A stretch of 64,000 nucleotides of DNA from Ascidiella aspersa. Its lineage: Eukaryota. Where the stretch lies: contig OZ004612.1 of assembly GCA_963924565.1 (NCBI GenBank), positions 8,928,001-8,992,000 on the forward strand. Direction: 5' to 3'. Below, piece by piece: positions 13,065-25,000 of this stretch. Each line of letters opens with the position of its first letter. Within the stretch, counting starts at the first letter, position 1. Made by a program: the position numbers and the translations under genes. Under the pieces are notes generated by a model that was not told the origin of the DNA, made no database searches, and worked only from the letters and a program-made list of their open reading frames with translations.

Positions 13065-13154
13065 GAGGTGACGCAACCGTGCGAAGCTTTTATACGAGCC
13101 GGTCGCGACAGCAAAATGGTCACGAGGGCGCTCTCCTTATAAGGCGACCACGTG
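13061..13154 (-). promoter_or_regulatory. TATA/Inr core promoter with CArG (SRF) box and E-box
   Basis: On the - strand, TATAAAAG (13087-13094) starts exactly 30 nt upstream of the A in the Inr-like TCATTCT (+1 = 13064). Perfect CArG CCTTATAAGG at 13135-13144. CACGTG at 13149-13154. TGACGCAA (ATF/C-EBP-like) at 13069-13076. Lies in a CpG-rich island. Confidence 0.65.
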
Positions 13155-16090
13155 ACAAGCGCGCGAAGTTTCTCGCGATTGCGCAAGATCCGGCGAAGCG
13201 CGCTGAGCGAACGACGACGCGACGTCGCCTGGTTTGTTTGTGGGCGCGCTGGGGGCGTCCGCGGGCGTGCCCAAACACACCACAGGCACATTCCTAGCGA
13301 TCCTAGGTTGGCCGAGGGGCGTCGCTAAGCTGGGGCAGGTGTTTTTTCAGCCTTGTTCCATTTCGAAACACGCCTCGGTCGCCTCGTGTTTAGATTGGGT
13401 TACGAAGTTGCGAAATGCATCGAGCCGAATCGCGCTTTGGAACATGTTTGTCCAACACGTGGTCGAGCTAATGGTTTTGTTCTGCCTAGTTAATACTTTG
13501 AAATGAACAAACTGGTCAAAATATGACGGTAAACGTTTTTCAGGAGCTATCCTACATGGTAAGATCAGGAAGTTATTTTAAAAACAAGGGCCCCACTATA
13601 AAATGGCTAAGAAAATCTATTATTTCTTGTTTTTTCGTTTGTATACTGAAATATATTGTAATTTGATGACTAAAATCAGGGTTTTTTATGATCATTTATG
13701 TTGTTTAAAGAAGCCATCCCACCTGGTAACATCAAGTAGTTGTTTTAAAACAAGCGTTCTATGTATTATTGGATGTGAAAATCTATTATTTCTTGTTGTT
13801 TCGTTTGGATACTTATATCCAGTAATTTAATGACTATAATCAATGCTTTTTGTTCAAATTATGATACTATGGAACTTTTACGCCGTTTGGACACAGTACC
13901 GTAACCACAGATGTGTCTCGACTGGACGTCGGTGTTTAGTGGGTTGAATAGACGTTTAATGATGTACACTTGTAGTAACACTTTGATTAGGTTAAATATA
14001 CCGCGCACCACTGCGCAGTGAAATATGACATCAGTTTAAGAGCATATACTTGGAATTTTTCTTCTGCGCGTAAAGAATTCCTGCTTCATAAACTTATGAG
14101 TTAGGGACAGAGAATGATGACAAGATTACAAATTTGTATTAATTGCCTTTACTATAACTATTACACATGCCACCGGAGCCCAAACGTTGTTTAATGAACA
14201 AGACAAAATAACGGAATTCAAATAAACTCAGTACCAACATCATCTACTGTAGAATAGCTTAATAGTATACATTTAACATAGCTTAAAAGAGCCGTTTTAA
14301 CAAGCAGTTATTAAAACTATTGGATATAGCCGTTGATTTGTACCAACATAAAAGGCCTTTTGATAATTCGAAAGAACGCAGTAACTTTTTGCCGAATATG
14401 GCTATCATACGTCACTGCTTACACCCTTGCTGTACAACGTTACAGTTTCTCCATGCTGTACGAAATGGCATCGTTAGGAGTTTACACAAAATCGTGTCGT
14501 ATTTCCTCGAGATAATGAGGTGAATTACCAGTTCTACGGGGCGCGTGTGATGCCTATTACGTCAAGAATCCCATCGCCTGACGAATTCCAAGCGGTGACC
14601 AGCTTTCTCCGGCGACCCCGGCTAGCTTTCGAGACTCGTCATTTCGAAACACGCCTCTGATTGTTACGTCACAGAAATTCCCCGCGTTCGCCCGACTGGC
14701 TTCGGACTCGGCTGGTCTCGGGGCATATTGGCGTATGCATGCCAGCGCCGATCCGTAGCCGTTCAGGAATGTCAGTCACGAGTTTGCGTCAAAAGTTGAC
14801 TCACACTGCAGTAGCAGGTGATCGGGACAGATTTGATAGGGACGATTTTCTGGGGATTGAATAGTCTTTTGTACGAGACCTGGACAACTAGAGTTTTATC
14901 AGTTATTTTAAATTAGATTGGATTTTTAAAATAAAGCATTTTTTTAATTGGATTATAATATAAATTACAGAAATCGTAAAACTAGCAGTTAAACTAGAAT
15001 GTGGTTTAATCAACCCACAATCATTTTTGATATAATCGCATTTGTTCTCATAGGAATGTTGGAGTCAAAGGTTTAGAAACTTTTCAGGCTGTAAAAATTA
15101 ATAAATCTAACTACTTATTTCAATATTTGTAAAAGTGGCATTTTAGGTTCAAGTATAAATTAGATTAAAACTGAATTAGGGCACACAAACTTTTCACAAA
15201 TTAGATTAAAATTAGCAGAATATCGCTATAATTTGTTGAAATATCCAACGAGAATTATTTAGTTGTCCAAGTCTATGTTTTCTACATCCCTGATTGACGG
15301 CTATGGAAGGAAAATAAAACGATTCCCAACGCGATGTTTTTGTCGTATTTTTAACCGAACATTTCGACAGTGCTGGGTAAATTTACAAAAAAAGGTTAAG
15401 ACCCTGAAAGCGTCCCACCACCCATATTTACCAAGTCCGGAAGTGCGACAAAAGCCAAACAGAAAACCAACAGGACGCCTTAAAATAGGTTTACGATAAT
15501 TGGTGATTTCGTCGGCAAACAGATGACCGTCGAATACGGTACGTGGAGTGGGCCACTAAGATATCCGGTTAACTGTTTGGAAACGTGCACAAAGAAATTA
15601 TGTGTTTCTAGTGACGTACGCAAAGACCCATGTGTCCGTATGTCCTTCATTAATATTTAACCGACGAGCCCCCCTTTAGGTTTACGACGGATTATGCTTT
15701 ACTCTGCTTCAAGCTATCAATGGAATCGTTGTCGGAAAGTTTTTTTTTTTAAATCCGAGTTTTAAAGACTTGCGCATTAATTCCGTCTATTTTAGTATGC
15801 CTAACGAATCTGTTTGTGCACATGGCATTCTAGTTGCCATGGTAAGTCGATCATCTCATGAAATTCACAAATAAATACTTTTGCAATCAAAGCACCAATG
15901 TCTCCACATATTATCATCTAAGCCCCTTGCTATAGTCAAAACATTTTCAATCTCTTATGTCAACAAGATAGAAGGCAACATCGTTGAATTACACAGCTCC
16001 AATATAACGTAGCCATGTGTTCCCGTGTCGAATAGATCTTTATTTTTAAGCATAATGGCTGGCAGTTGTATTTATGACGTATAGTAAGGT

Positions 16091-16209
16091 TATCAAAGAC
16101 CATTCAGAAGTAGGTATATCATTTTAAACGTTTCGAATAACTATTAGTTACTAAGAGTTATTTGAAACGTTCAAAATGACACCTATATAGTTCTGTCTGG
16201 GCTTTGATA
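16091..16209. repeat. ~120-bp imperfect palindrome (foldback/MITE relic)
   Basis: Inner arms TCATTTTAAACGTTTCGAATAACTATTAGT / ACTAAGAGTTATTTGAAACGTTCAAAATGA pair at 27/30 around a 1-nt centre. Outer arms TATCAAAG..CAGAA / TTCTG..CTTTGATA extend the pairing. Confidence 0.8.
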
Positions 16210-19200
16210 TTTTTTTTAAATCTTAGTTTCTAGGAATAAAGATTCACACAAATGTCGTTCACTTTTACGTTGTCTTTAAAATGACGTGTTACTCCATCCT
16301 TGTAGGTTATGACTATTTTATTTTAGGAAAAGTAGTTCAATAATTACTAAATATAAGTTAAAGCTTGCTAGATTGGCATAGTTTTTAAAAACATATGAAG
16401 CAACCTAATAAACTTTTCCATATAAACCGTTGTCCAATGAAGCCTATAAATCATAATAACATTTACTCAATCAACAAGATGAATGAACTATACATTTCAT
16501 TTTTTAAAGCGTGATATCTGACATTCACTTTAATTGTGTGTTTGATGGCGAAGGATCCAACGTTTAACTGTTGTTGGTGTCTGCCGGTTCGACGGTAAAA
16601 ATGGGCACCTCACTTTGATCTTTTCAAGAGGCCTTTGATTTCGCTTGCCTTCAATAGAATTCCCTTCGGATTACACGCGTACCAGCTTGGCAGAGTGCCT
16701 GGTTAAACCTCACTTAATTGGTTTGCGGTAACTTCGTCCATTTACCCAGTGTGAAAAATTCTTCTTTTTCATCTTTAAGCATCTAAGGTACCAAGAGGGT
16801 TATACCAATATTCACAAGTAAACGCATAAAATGTATTAGTTTATTTTGTAGGCTGTAGGCCTAATGCGCTTTGTCATTTAAAAATATTTAACCTGCTTGT
16901 TAAAGGCTCAAGCTGTCAACAAATATTTGATATTGTATGTTAGGGCAGCATATGTTTTTATAATACAACAGATGTATTAGTGTCTCAAATCATAACAGTG
17001 TATTTAATTTAAACAATGAATTTATATCATTTTAATAGATATATTTTAAAACAGATTGTTTTTTAAATTATACTAATCATGATAATTTATCGCAGTTAAA
17101 CTTTGGCATTCTATCGGAACATTTTAAAATGGTGTAATGGCTGTTGTTGCCAATTTTTCCTGTGCAGAAGTTAACCATTTTACCCTTTTTGTTTGTGTTG
17201 GTGGTATATGTAAGTTTAAACTATGGTAGGTATTTAGGTTATTCTTCCCAAACTAGGTTTCCCCAGAAAAAAAGGCGGGCTCTTTTCGTGACACACAAGG
17301 CTTTAACCATCATGAACAGCTTGCTTATAAACTTGGTATAGTATTAGTATTTAGTATGACCAACGTTTGTCGTGCGTTACAAGTCGCATTGTTGCCTAAA
17401 AAACGCACCGTCACCAATGACAAGGGCTGAAAAAACTGAAACCTGTTATATTGGGAAGATGTGCAACTCGTGACTAGTCGTCGTGACAAAAACACCTCCT
17501 ATGGGCAAACAGGCTCCAGTGTGGAGAAACTGCCGGCCTGGCTTACCGGCGCCATGGTCCAATGCGGCACCAAACAGTGTCTTTTCGTGGATTTTCCAAA
17601 AAAAGAACTCTCAAAGAGATAATCCGGGCGCTTTGATGAAGTTGGAGTATTTGCCTTAGCACGGTTAGCAACGATTTTCGAGCTCGGTGCTTTTGTAGTC
17701 CAAAAGCTTAAAACACCTCAGCAGCACAACATCAACACGATTTTATCTGTAAAAAAGGCACATAAAGGTATATACACCGCGGTCTTCTCTTCAAAATTGT
17801 GCGAAAAACGAAAATCCAGATAAGCAAGGCACCATTGTGCATACATTAGCGCGCTCGTTATCGACCCTCGAAAATGGATACTTCAGAGGAAAATCGGTTT
17901 TTCATTGAGGATTTGGCGTAACCTGATGCCTTAAATGCACCGACGACCGCTGAGTACAAGGCTTAACGCTACGGCTTACTGCAGGTGTAATTTGACGCTC
18001 GTGCTATGAGTTTGAGTTGACAATCGGCGGTTTTGTGTTACCATTCTCAATAGGTTGTTGTTGTCCTTTCGCAAAGGAGAGGTCCATGCCGAACTTGGCA
18101 TCTCGGGTGTCATGGGTCATAGGCCGAATGTACTTTCGGCGTTTGATTATGCGCGTCACAAATTAAAAATGGTAATGCCCAACCCTGGTTAGTCATTCAC
18201 TCGGCCGTATATGTACGGAAATATGTCTTTGCACTGGGCTCTAAAGAGGTTGGGAGAATTTTTCGAAATACACTCATGTAACGCGAACGCCTATATGGCT
18301 GTTTAACTTCAATAAACTTTTAGTTTGACGTAAATCGTGATCTGGTATTTAACATCACCTGACATTGTGTGCCAAAGGAAATTTCTTTTTAAATCATATA
18401 GCTAAACTTTTTTCGGTTTTAAAATGATGATACATCAGCATTTTTGCCTTTTGTCGTTTGGAAAAGTGAACTTTGTACCATTTGATTGAATTCAAGATTT
18501 TGTGAATCTTAACTAATAACTAGATAAAACAGTTCTAATGGCAAACGATGAACCTTATGATTTCAATTTAAACCCACCATGGTCATTTTTTCGTGTTTTT
18601 CTGTGAAGTATACTCAATAATTATAAAATTTCGAACTAAAGGCTAGACATTTGTGATTAATATTGAACAGTTATAGATAGTAACCAACTCTATAAATCAT
18701 GTATTGCAAAGGATATTACAAAAGGATAGAATTTATTTATGTTTTCTAATACCTCTTTACGAATCTCGGGTTGAGAAGCAATGTTCCTATAGGCAGGTCA
18801 CGGGCAGAGGCTTCTCAAACCGAGTTTAATAAAAAAGTATTTTAAGTGTTTTTACGAAATGCGTTTAACTATATGTTATTTGACTTTGGAGCATGATGGT
18901 TTAAAGTAGTAGTAGGACGTAGTAAGAATATCAAAGCCCATACAAAAGCAACCTTCTTCGGGACCGTAAGAAGTTGCAATCCACTGGCCTATAAAATTAA
19001 GGTGACTTCACACTTTGCATATAACAGACGTGGTTGTTCGACATCTCCAAAATAGTCTCATTCGCGCGTCAATCGCACAGTGATTGAAAGCCAACACCGT
19101 TCAACCGCTCGGCTATTTTCGGCCGTTGCGACTGACGCAGGCGACCTTAAGAAACACCAACACTGGTGTTACCTGTGAACCACAAAACAGCAACAAGCGA

Positions 19201-21708
19201 ATCTTTGTTGCGGCCCAAAAGTCGGAAATAAATCTGTAGCGAAAGCGCGAGTGCAGTCTTCCGTTTTCGACTAACCCTAAAATACGTTTCCCTTGTACGC
19301 GCGCGCAGCGATGGGTGTCTGGGTTTATTTTTGAAACGCCAAATTGCAAAGTGACGAACGCAGGACGAGTAAAAGCAAGCTCAAGTTTTAAGGGAAACGG
19401 CAGGAGGCAAGAGGGATAAACACAGTCTGAAATGCGGTTGTATGCAAGATCGCCCATGCGTCCACCCCTTTGATTCTAAAGAGCCGACGCACATTACAAT
19501 GTCTGCGGTCACGCCCCCTATTCACTGTCTGCTGTCACACCCCCCTATTTAGCGATCACAGCAGCTCGCTTGTTTCGTCGACAAAGGGCACGTGACGTAA
19601 TTCGGCGTATTTTTTCCGGCCAATGGCAAAGTCACGTCGACAGGGCGCACCCTTTATCTTATTGCAAGTTTTTTTACAGTTTGCCTATACCCCTGTGACG
19701 TATCTATCGTTTGTTTCAACCACGTGGCATATCGCAAACAGAAAACCCGCAGCCCCGTCTCATTCTGACGTCATCAAAAACCCAGGGAGAAGGGGCCGCC
19801 GCCTTTCGCCCAAAATCTTCCGTATCGTCTGCTTTTAACAAAGCACCAAGTTGTGCGGTTATAAGGTGTACGGCGGTAACTTAAGGTTATGAGCGAAGCC
19901 CTTTCAATATTGTTACACGTGCGTTTCAAGTTGGGGAGAACGGAAGTAGACTGTCTGCGGTCGTGCACCCCTTTGCGGCCGCATTCAATCCCCGTATGAA
20001 GGCTTGCAGATAAAATCGCGGGGCCCTATAGATAGAAAAAACACAAGGCAAGAGCAAACAAACATGACGTTCGCGCTATATTTTCTTGCATGCGTGATAT
20101 GTGTTATTATGGTCCTTGTGGACCATAACAATCTAAGACAAGCGTCTGTTGGAGTTTCGGAATTCTCACGATGCAATACAGTCAATATGGGGAATTGGTA
20201 GTTTTGTTAGTGAAGAGCTAGTATATGGAACTAGACATTTTTTTAAAGACATTTCCGACGAAATAAGTAAATTACGTTTCGCAAACATTTACAAATAATT
20301 TATATATATTTATGACATTTCTGTAGCTAACATGATAACTGTCTCCACAAAACAATAGCAATATAGTGTTTAACACCAAACAACAAGTAAAAAAGGCATC
20401 AGTGCAAACCGGGAAAACGGAGAAAGGTTTGCGAATTTGCTCATGAGATTAAAACATATTTTCTAAGATAAATAAAGCGCGAAAATAAAAAGCCTCTAGG
20501 CAGGTAACAAGGATTGTTAGTATTTTACTATACAGGGCACCTTTTCCTATTTGACCAAGAATTATCACGAAGATACGTTTTGGGTCATATGATATGAAAA
20601 AATATGATATATCATAGTTAACAAACATACTTGAAACACAGAATAAAAATAATACTCTAACATTTTGATCGCTATTTTGAAATTAACGTCCGTATCGTGT
20701 TGCGATGGTTTGACGTTTGTGCCCCAGCTGTTTATAATTGCGGGATTTCACCGACACAAAAATACACCTGAAGAGTCATCGAGTTCCGACGATCGTTGGT
20801 ACTTGAAATGTATTATCGGCCACCGTCGACCGTCACACAAGTGGGACTTTTCTGACGTTATGGGGTTGTTGAGTAGCGGCAAAAAAAGTAACCGGGCTCG
20901 CCCGTGTTTGAACGACGACTCGCTTTCGACAAATGGCACTTTCTCCCGTTAAACTGCGCGCCCAAGTCGTGAACTCCTGCTGTAGCGCTTCGTAAAAGCT
21001 GGATAAAATCTGAAAGGCGTATCACGATAAACCAATATAGCGGGCAATGAATTAACGGTGGTATCAGCAGTTTAATCAGCGGCATGTCGCGGGTGTTTTT
21101 TCCAATAGGCATATGAAGCTATGGAGAAAAGTTTTAGCACCTCGTACCATCTGCGATTAACGGCGTGTGTGTGTGCATCGAGCGCCACGCTCTCGTATTG
21201 CGTATTGTGCAAGCGCACGCATACACAATGCCGTTGTGTTTGCTTAAAAGTCGTAAAACCTCGGCGGCGCTGCGCCTGGCCGTTAAAGCCTTGGAACTAA
21301 TAATTTCCTGTGTGTATTTTGTCCCCTGGGCAGCAACTTCGAGTTAACAACATCCGGCCGACCTTTGAAGTTCTGCCTTAGGACCAACTGAGATGATTTG
21401 TAGCCTTTATAGCGCTGTTTGTATTCGAAAAATGTTGCTGCTATTTAGCGGTATCCGGTAAGGAAATTCTGTCGATCTTTAGTTTTTCTGGTGCTTAGCC
21501 GTATAGGGCTAATCATCGCGTCGTTTCTGAACTTTCCCGGTTTCAGATTCGACTAATTTTAAAAGCGTGTTTTTTGCCACTGCTCGCTATTTCGGGATTT
21601 CAATTGTGCCCAAATGGGATTTCATTCGAGCATGATTGATTACCGGGTTAGAAGTTTGCGAAATATGCTTCTCTAACACAGTTTGGGGTTGTTTTCTACT
21701 ATTATGCT

Positions 21709-22068
21709 TGGGGATGTCCGATAAAATCGGATCGGAGCCGATACCCGCGGTATAATCCGTACTCGTCTGACATTTTAGGTGCTCATGCGATACCAAATTA
21801 ACACAGGATTTTAAAAGACATATCCGACCTTAAACTGTAGTTATATCTTGCAAGGTTAAGTTATCAAAAAATAGAAAAGCACAACTATGTAACTAAACTT
21901 CTTAGTTTTTTAGCTAAAACAAATGATGGCCTACTATAGAAAACGAGAAAAATGCCATTTAACTCTTTGGGCATAGCAATGACGTCATGTGGTTTTGGAT
22001 TGCGGAACATTTTGTTAAACATTACGGGTATCGGTTCGACATAAGATTTCAATTATCGGAAACCCCTA
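21709..22068. mobile_element. MITE of the TAGGGATGTCCGAT-TIR family
   Basis: Starts TGGGGATGTCCGATAAAATCGGATCGGAGCCGA (near-identical to 48368) and ends ATTATCGGAAACCCCTA. CCGATAC/GTATCGG subterminal motifs. Confidence 0.7.
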
Positions 22069-25000
22069 GTTATAATTATAGGGTCGTATTCAGGGATGTA
22101 GTGAAAAAAAGTTCAAAAGCGCAGCTATTTTCAATGATTGCGGGAAAAAGGTCACAACACCGCTTTCCGAAAATCACGTTTTTTACACGTTATTGCAACC
22201 GATATGACGCCCTCATATAGTGCTGGTCATCGTATAAAAACTTGGATCCTATGGGGGGGGGTGATTTTTTCACTTTTGGGGGGGCTCAGGAACCTAAGAG
22301 GTGGTTGAGGATAAGGGTTGTTGTGTTCCCTTAAATCCCCATAAAACACAATAGGTTAAAAGAGATATAAAACAACTTTATTAACATACCAAATACTACA
22401 GTATTTTCTTTGTGTTTTCAGTTTTTAGCAGAACTGATGTTACTGTTTTTTGTGTAAGTGCAGTATTCTGTCTTTTAGTAGAGTTGTTTTAGATCTTTTT
22501 TCACTCTTTGTGATTCTACTGGCAGTGTTGACAGGCTTATATCCGAATATGAACAATGAAAATGAAATGGCGTTATTTATTATAACTAACTATTTTCTTT
22601 TCGATTTATCGTTTATGGATCAGGCGTCCTCTGAATGAGATAATGTCCACGCCGTATATGTCATATGGTTTAAAGAATTGTTAAATCGAACTCGAGCCAT
22701 TTGGCGAACACAAAGTAAAACGCGAATTTTTTTCATATGCTTCAGATAGAATTGGCATTACAGCACAAACAACGGTCTTAAGACAGTGGTTTGCACAGAT
22801 CACAACGTAAAATTCCGCCACTTAAGCGCCTCGAGCATAAATTCATTAAATTGCGGAATCTCGTCTTAAATTCGGAACTTCCAGAGCGAATAAACATCTC
22901 GGTTTTCACAAGCAACCACATGGAAAGTCATCTGCGACTTTTTAAGCCGGTTACAGGCGTTAATTCGAAACCACACATGCAATTTTGGCTTTACACGTAG
23001 ATCACCGAGGCAGACGCAGAAACAAAAAACCCGACGTATTTCTCGTCTAAATGTATAGTGATTGTTGTTTCGCACAGATTTAATTGAGGTGAACTTGGCT
23101 GTTCTAACTTATCAGTGACATTTGCTATTAGGATGAGGAAATAGTAAGCGGCCTGCACGAACGGTTAAGTTACAAATATCGGGCAAAATTTGTAGTAGAT
23201 TGCTGACAAACTAACTATAAACTGTACGATAGTTACAAAACGCCGTTATCAAAGGAATTAGACCGATACCACCCCAATATCGGATGACTACCAACCCCAG
23301 TTCGGCTACGATCCTAACATTATCCGACACCCCTTTAATTCATGTATGCCAAGCAACACTTTATACTTGCGAAAAAAGCTTCACACTTATACGCATTAAA
23401 GAGGCACAAAAACACTCTCTCGTGAAATAAACTCGACGGGCTGATTCCAGCAGCAAAATTGACCGCGGAAAACCTTTTATGACGTGCATTTTGAGCGAGG
23501 TTATCGCAGTCGTCCCATCTGCGACCGCTCCCCGTGGCATTTAGCACATTTTACAGGCCGTTGAGCGTCAAACGTCAGTCCAAACAATCTCGAGGTCGCC
23601 AGCGACGAAAACAAGTTTATTGCGCCGAGCTCGGGAAATGCCGGATGCTAAAATCGTCCGGTTGTTTCAGGTCGAGTGCTTTTTGCCGCGCTGAATTCTT
23701 TTCGCGGTGCCGATGTTAGGGTCGCTTGAATATCGTGTTGTGATTGCTGGGGGAGAAATCGTTGTCTGCGCTTCTCAGGGAAATTTCAGGTTGTTTACCT
23801 TGTTGTTTCAGAGAGAACTTGAATCAAATCCTAAATCAATTTCGTGGTAAAAGTGCGAAGTGGCTTTAAAGTGTATGTACCTATTCTATATGTGGAAAAC
23901 CTTAACGGTAATTTAACAAAGATTGTACCATATTAGTAGAATTTCGCGTGAAACAGGGTCACTAAGCAAACTTCTTATTTTATGTGTCTACAGCTTGTGA
24001 AATCGTCTATCATTTTATAAACGGATTCTGTTTTTTTTATTAAATTCTGTCGTCATATTGTATGACGTTACTGGACAACGTACACTCGAACCTGTTATTA
24101 AAGATGGAATCTATCCTTGAGAGGAAATATCAAACATTTATGTCGAACTTCACGACAAGACTTGAAAGCCGGTATTGGCCACTTGGTGGAAACACAATTG
24201 AGTGTTTTATAAAACACCTGGTGATCAGAAATTCAAGGTGCGATCGTATCGTTTTTTTATTTATTTTGTTCAAACAACACGAAAAAGTCAACTTCGGCTG
24301 TTTCAAACGTATTTTGGGGGAATTATGTAGCAAGTGTTTGCCTATTTAACAAAACGAGCAACTGAGAAGTTCTAATCTTGGTATAGTGTATCCGTTAATA
24401 GCCGCTGGCGTCCCTTGAGCATACGTGCATTTCAGAACGTGCCGATCGGTGTGGGCGACACACTGCAAATTGGCGGGCGACACGCCGTATTAGTGACGCG
24501 TCGACGTCGTCTACGCGCTTCACGTTTTCCAGCAAAGCCAGCTGTACGCTTGCCGCAGCACGTGTAGTCTCAGCGCATCACCTCCCAAAATATTGTATTA
24601 CCGTCGCCGCGAACGTTCTGGCTACGTTTTGTAGATTTTATCTCTTCTAACCGTTTGCAATTTTGTCGGCGATTTAACTATGCGTGAATTTCTTTCTTCG
24701 CGACTATTTTTGTTTCTTTTTTTGGGGTCGTTTCTACATTTTTCCTTTAGCCATTTTCGAGGCTTTTTACCGAGGCAAGATTCGCACGTTACTTTTTTTT
24801 CTTTATTGCAGGTTACGCTTGTTCATTTTTCAGCAGGTTTGTGAATTGCTTTAGTGACGGAACATACTTCGCATGGATCAACACCCGAATTTAAATACGC
24901 TCACATCAGAGCATGCATTTTTGTAACGTTTGAAGAAAGTTGGCAAAAAAATAACAAAAAATACAAACAAATCAAAAATGGCAAGGGGTATAAATCGACT

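Noticed and set aside
13611-13850. ~75-bp diverged local duplication (also 23-30-bp duplications at ~26511 and ~39232)
   Set aside because: Ordinary AT-rich slippage duplications with no functional signal.
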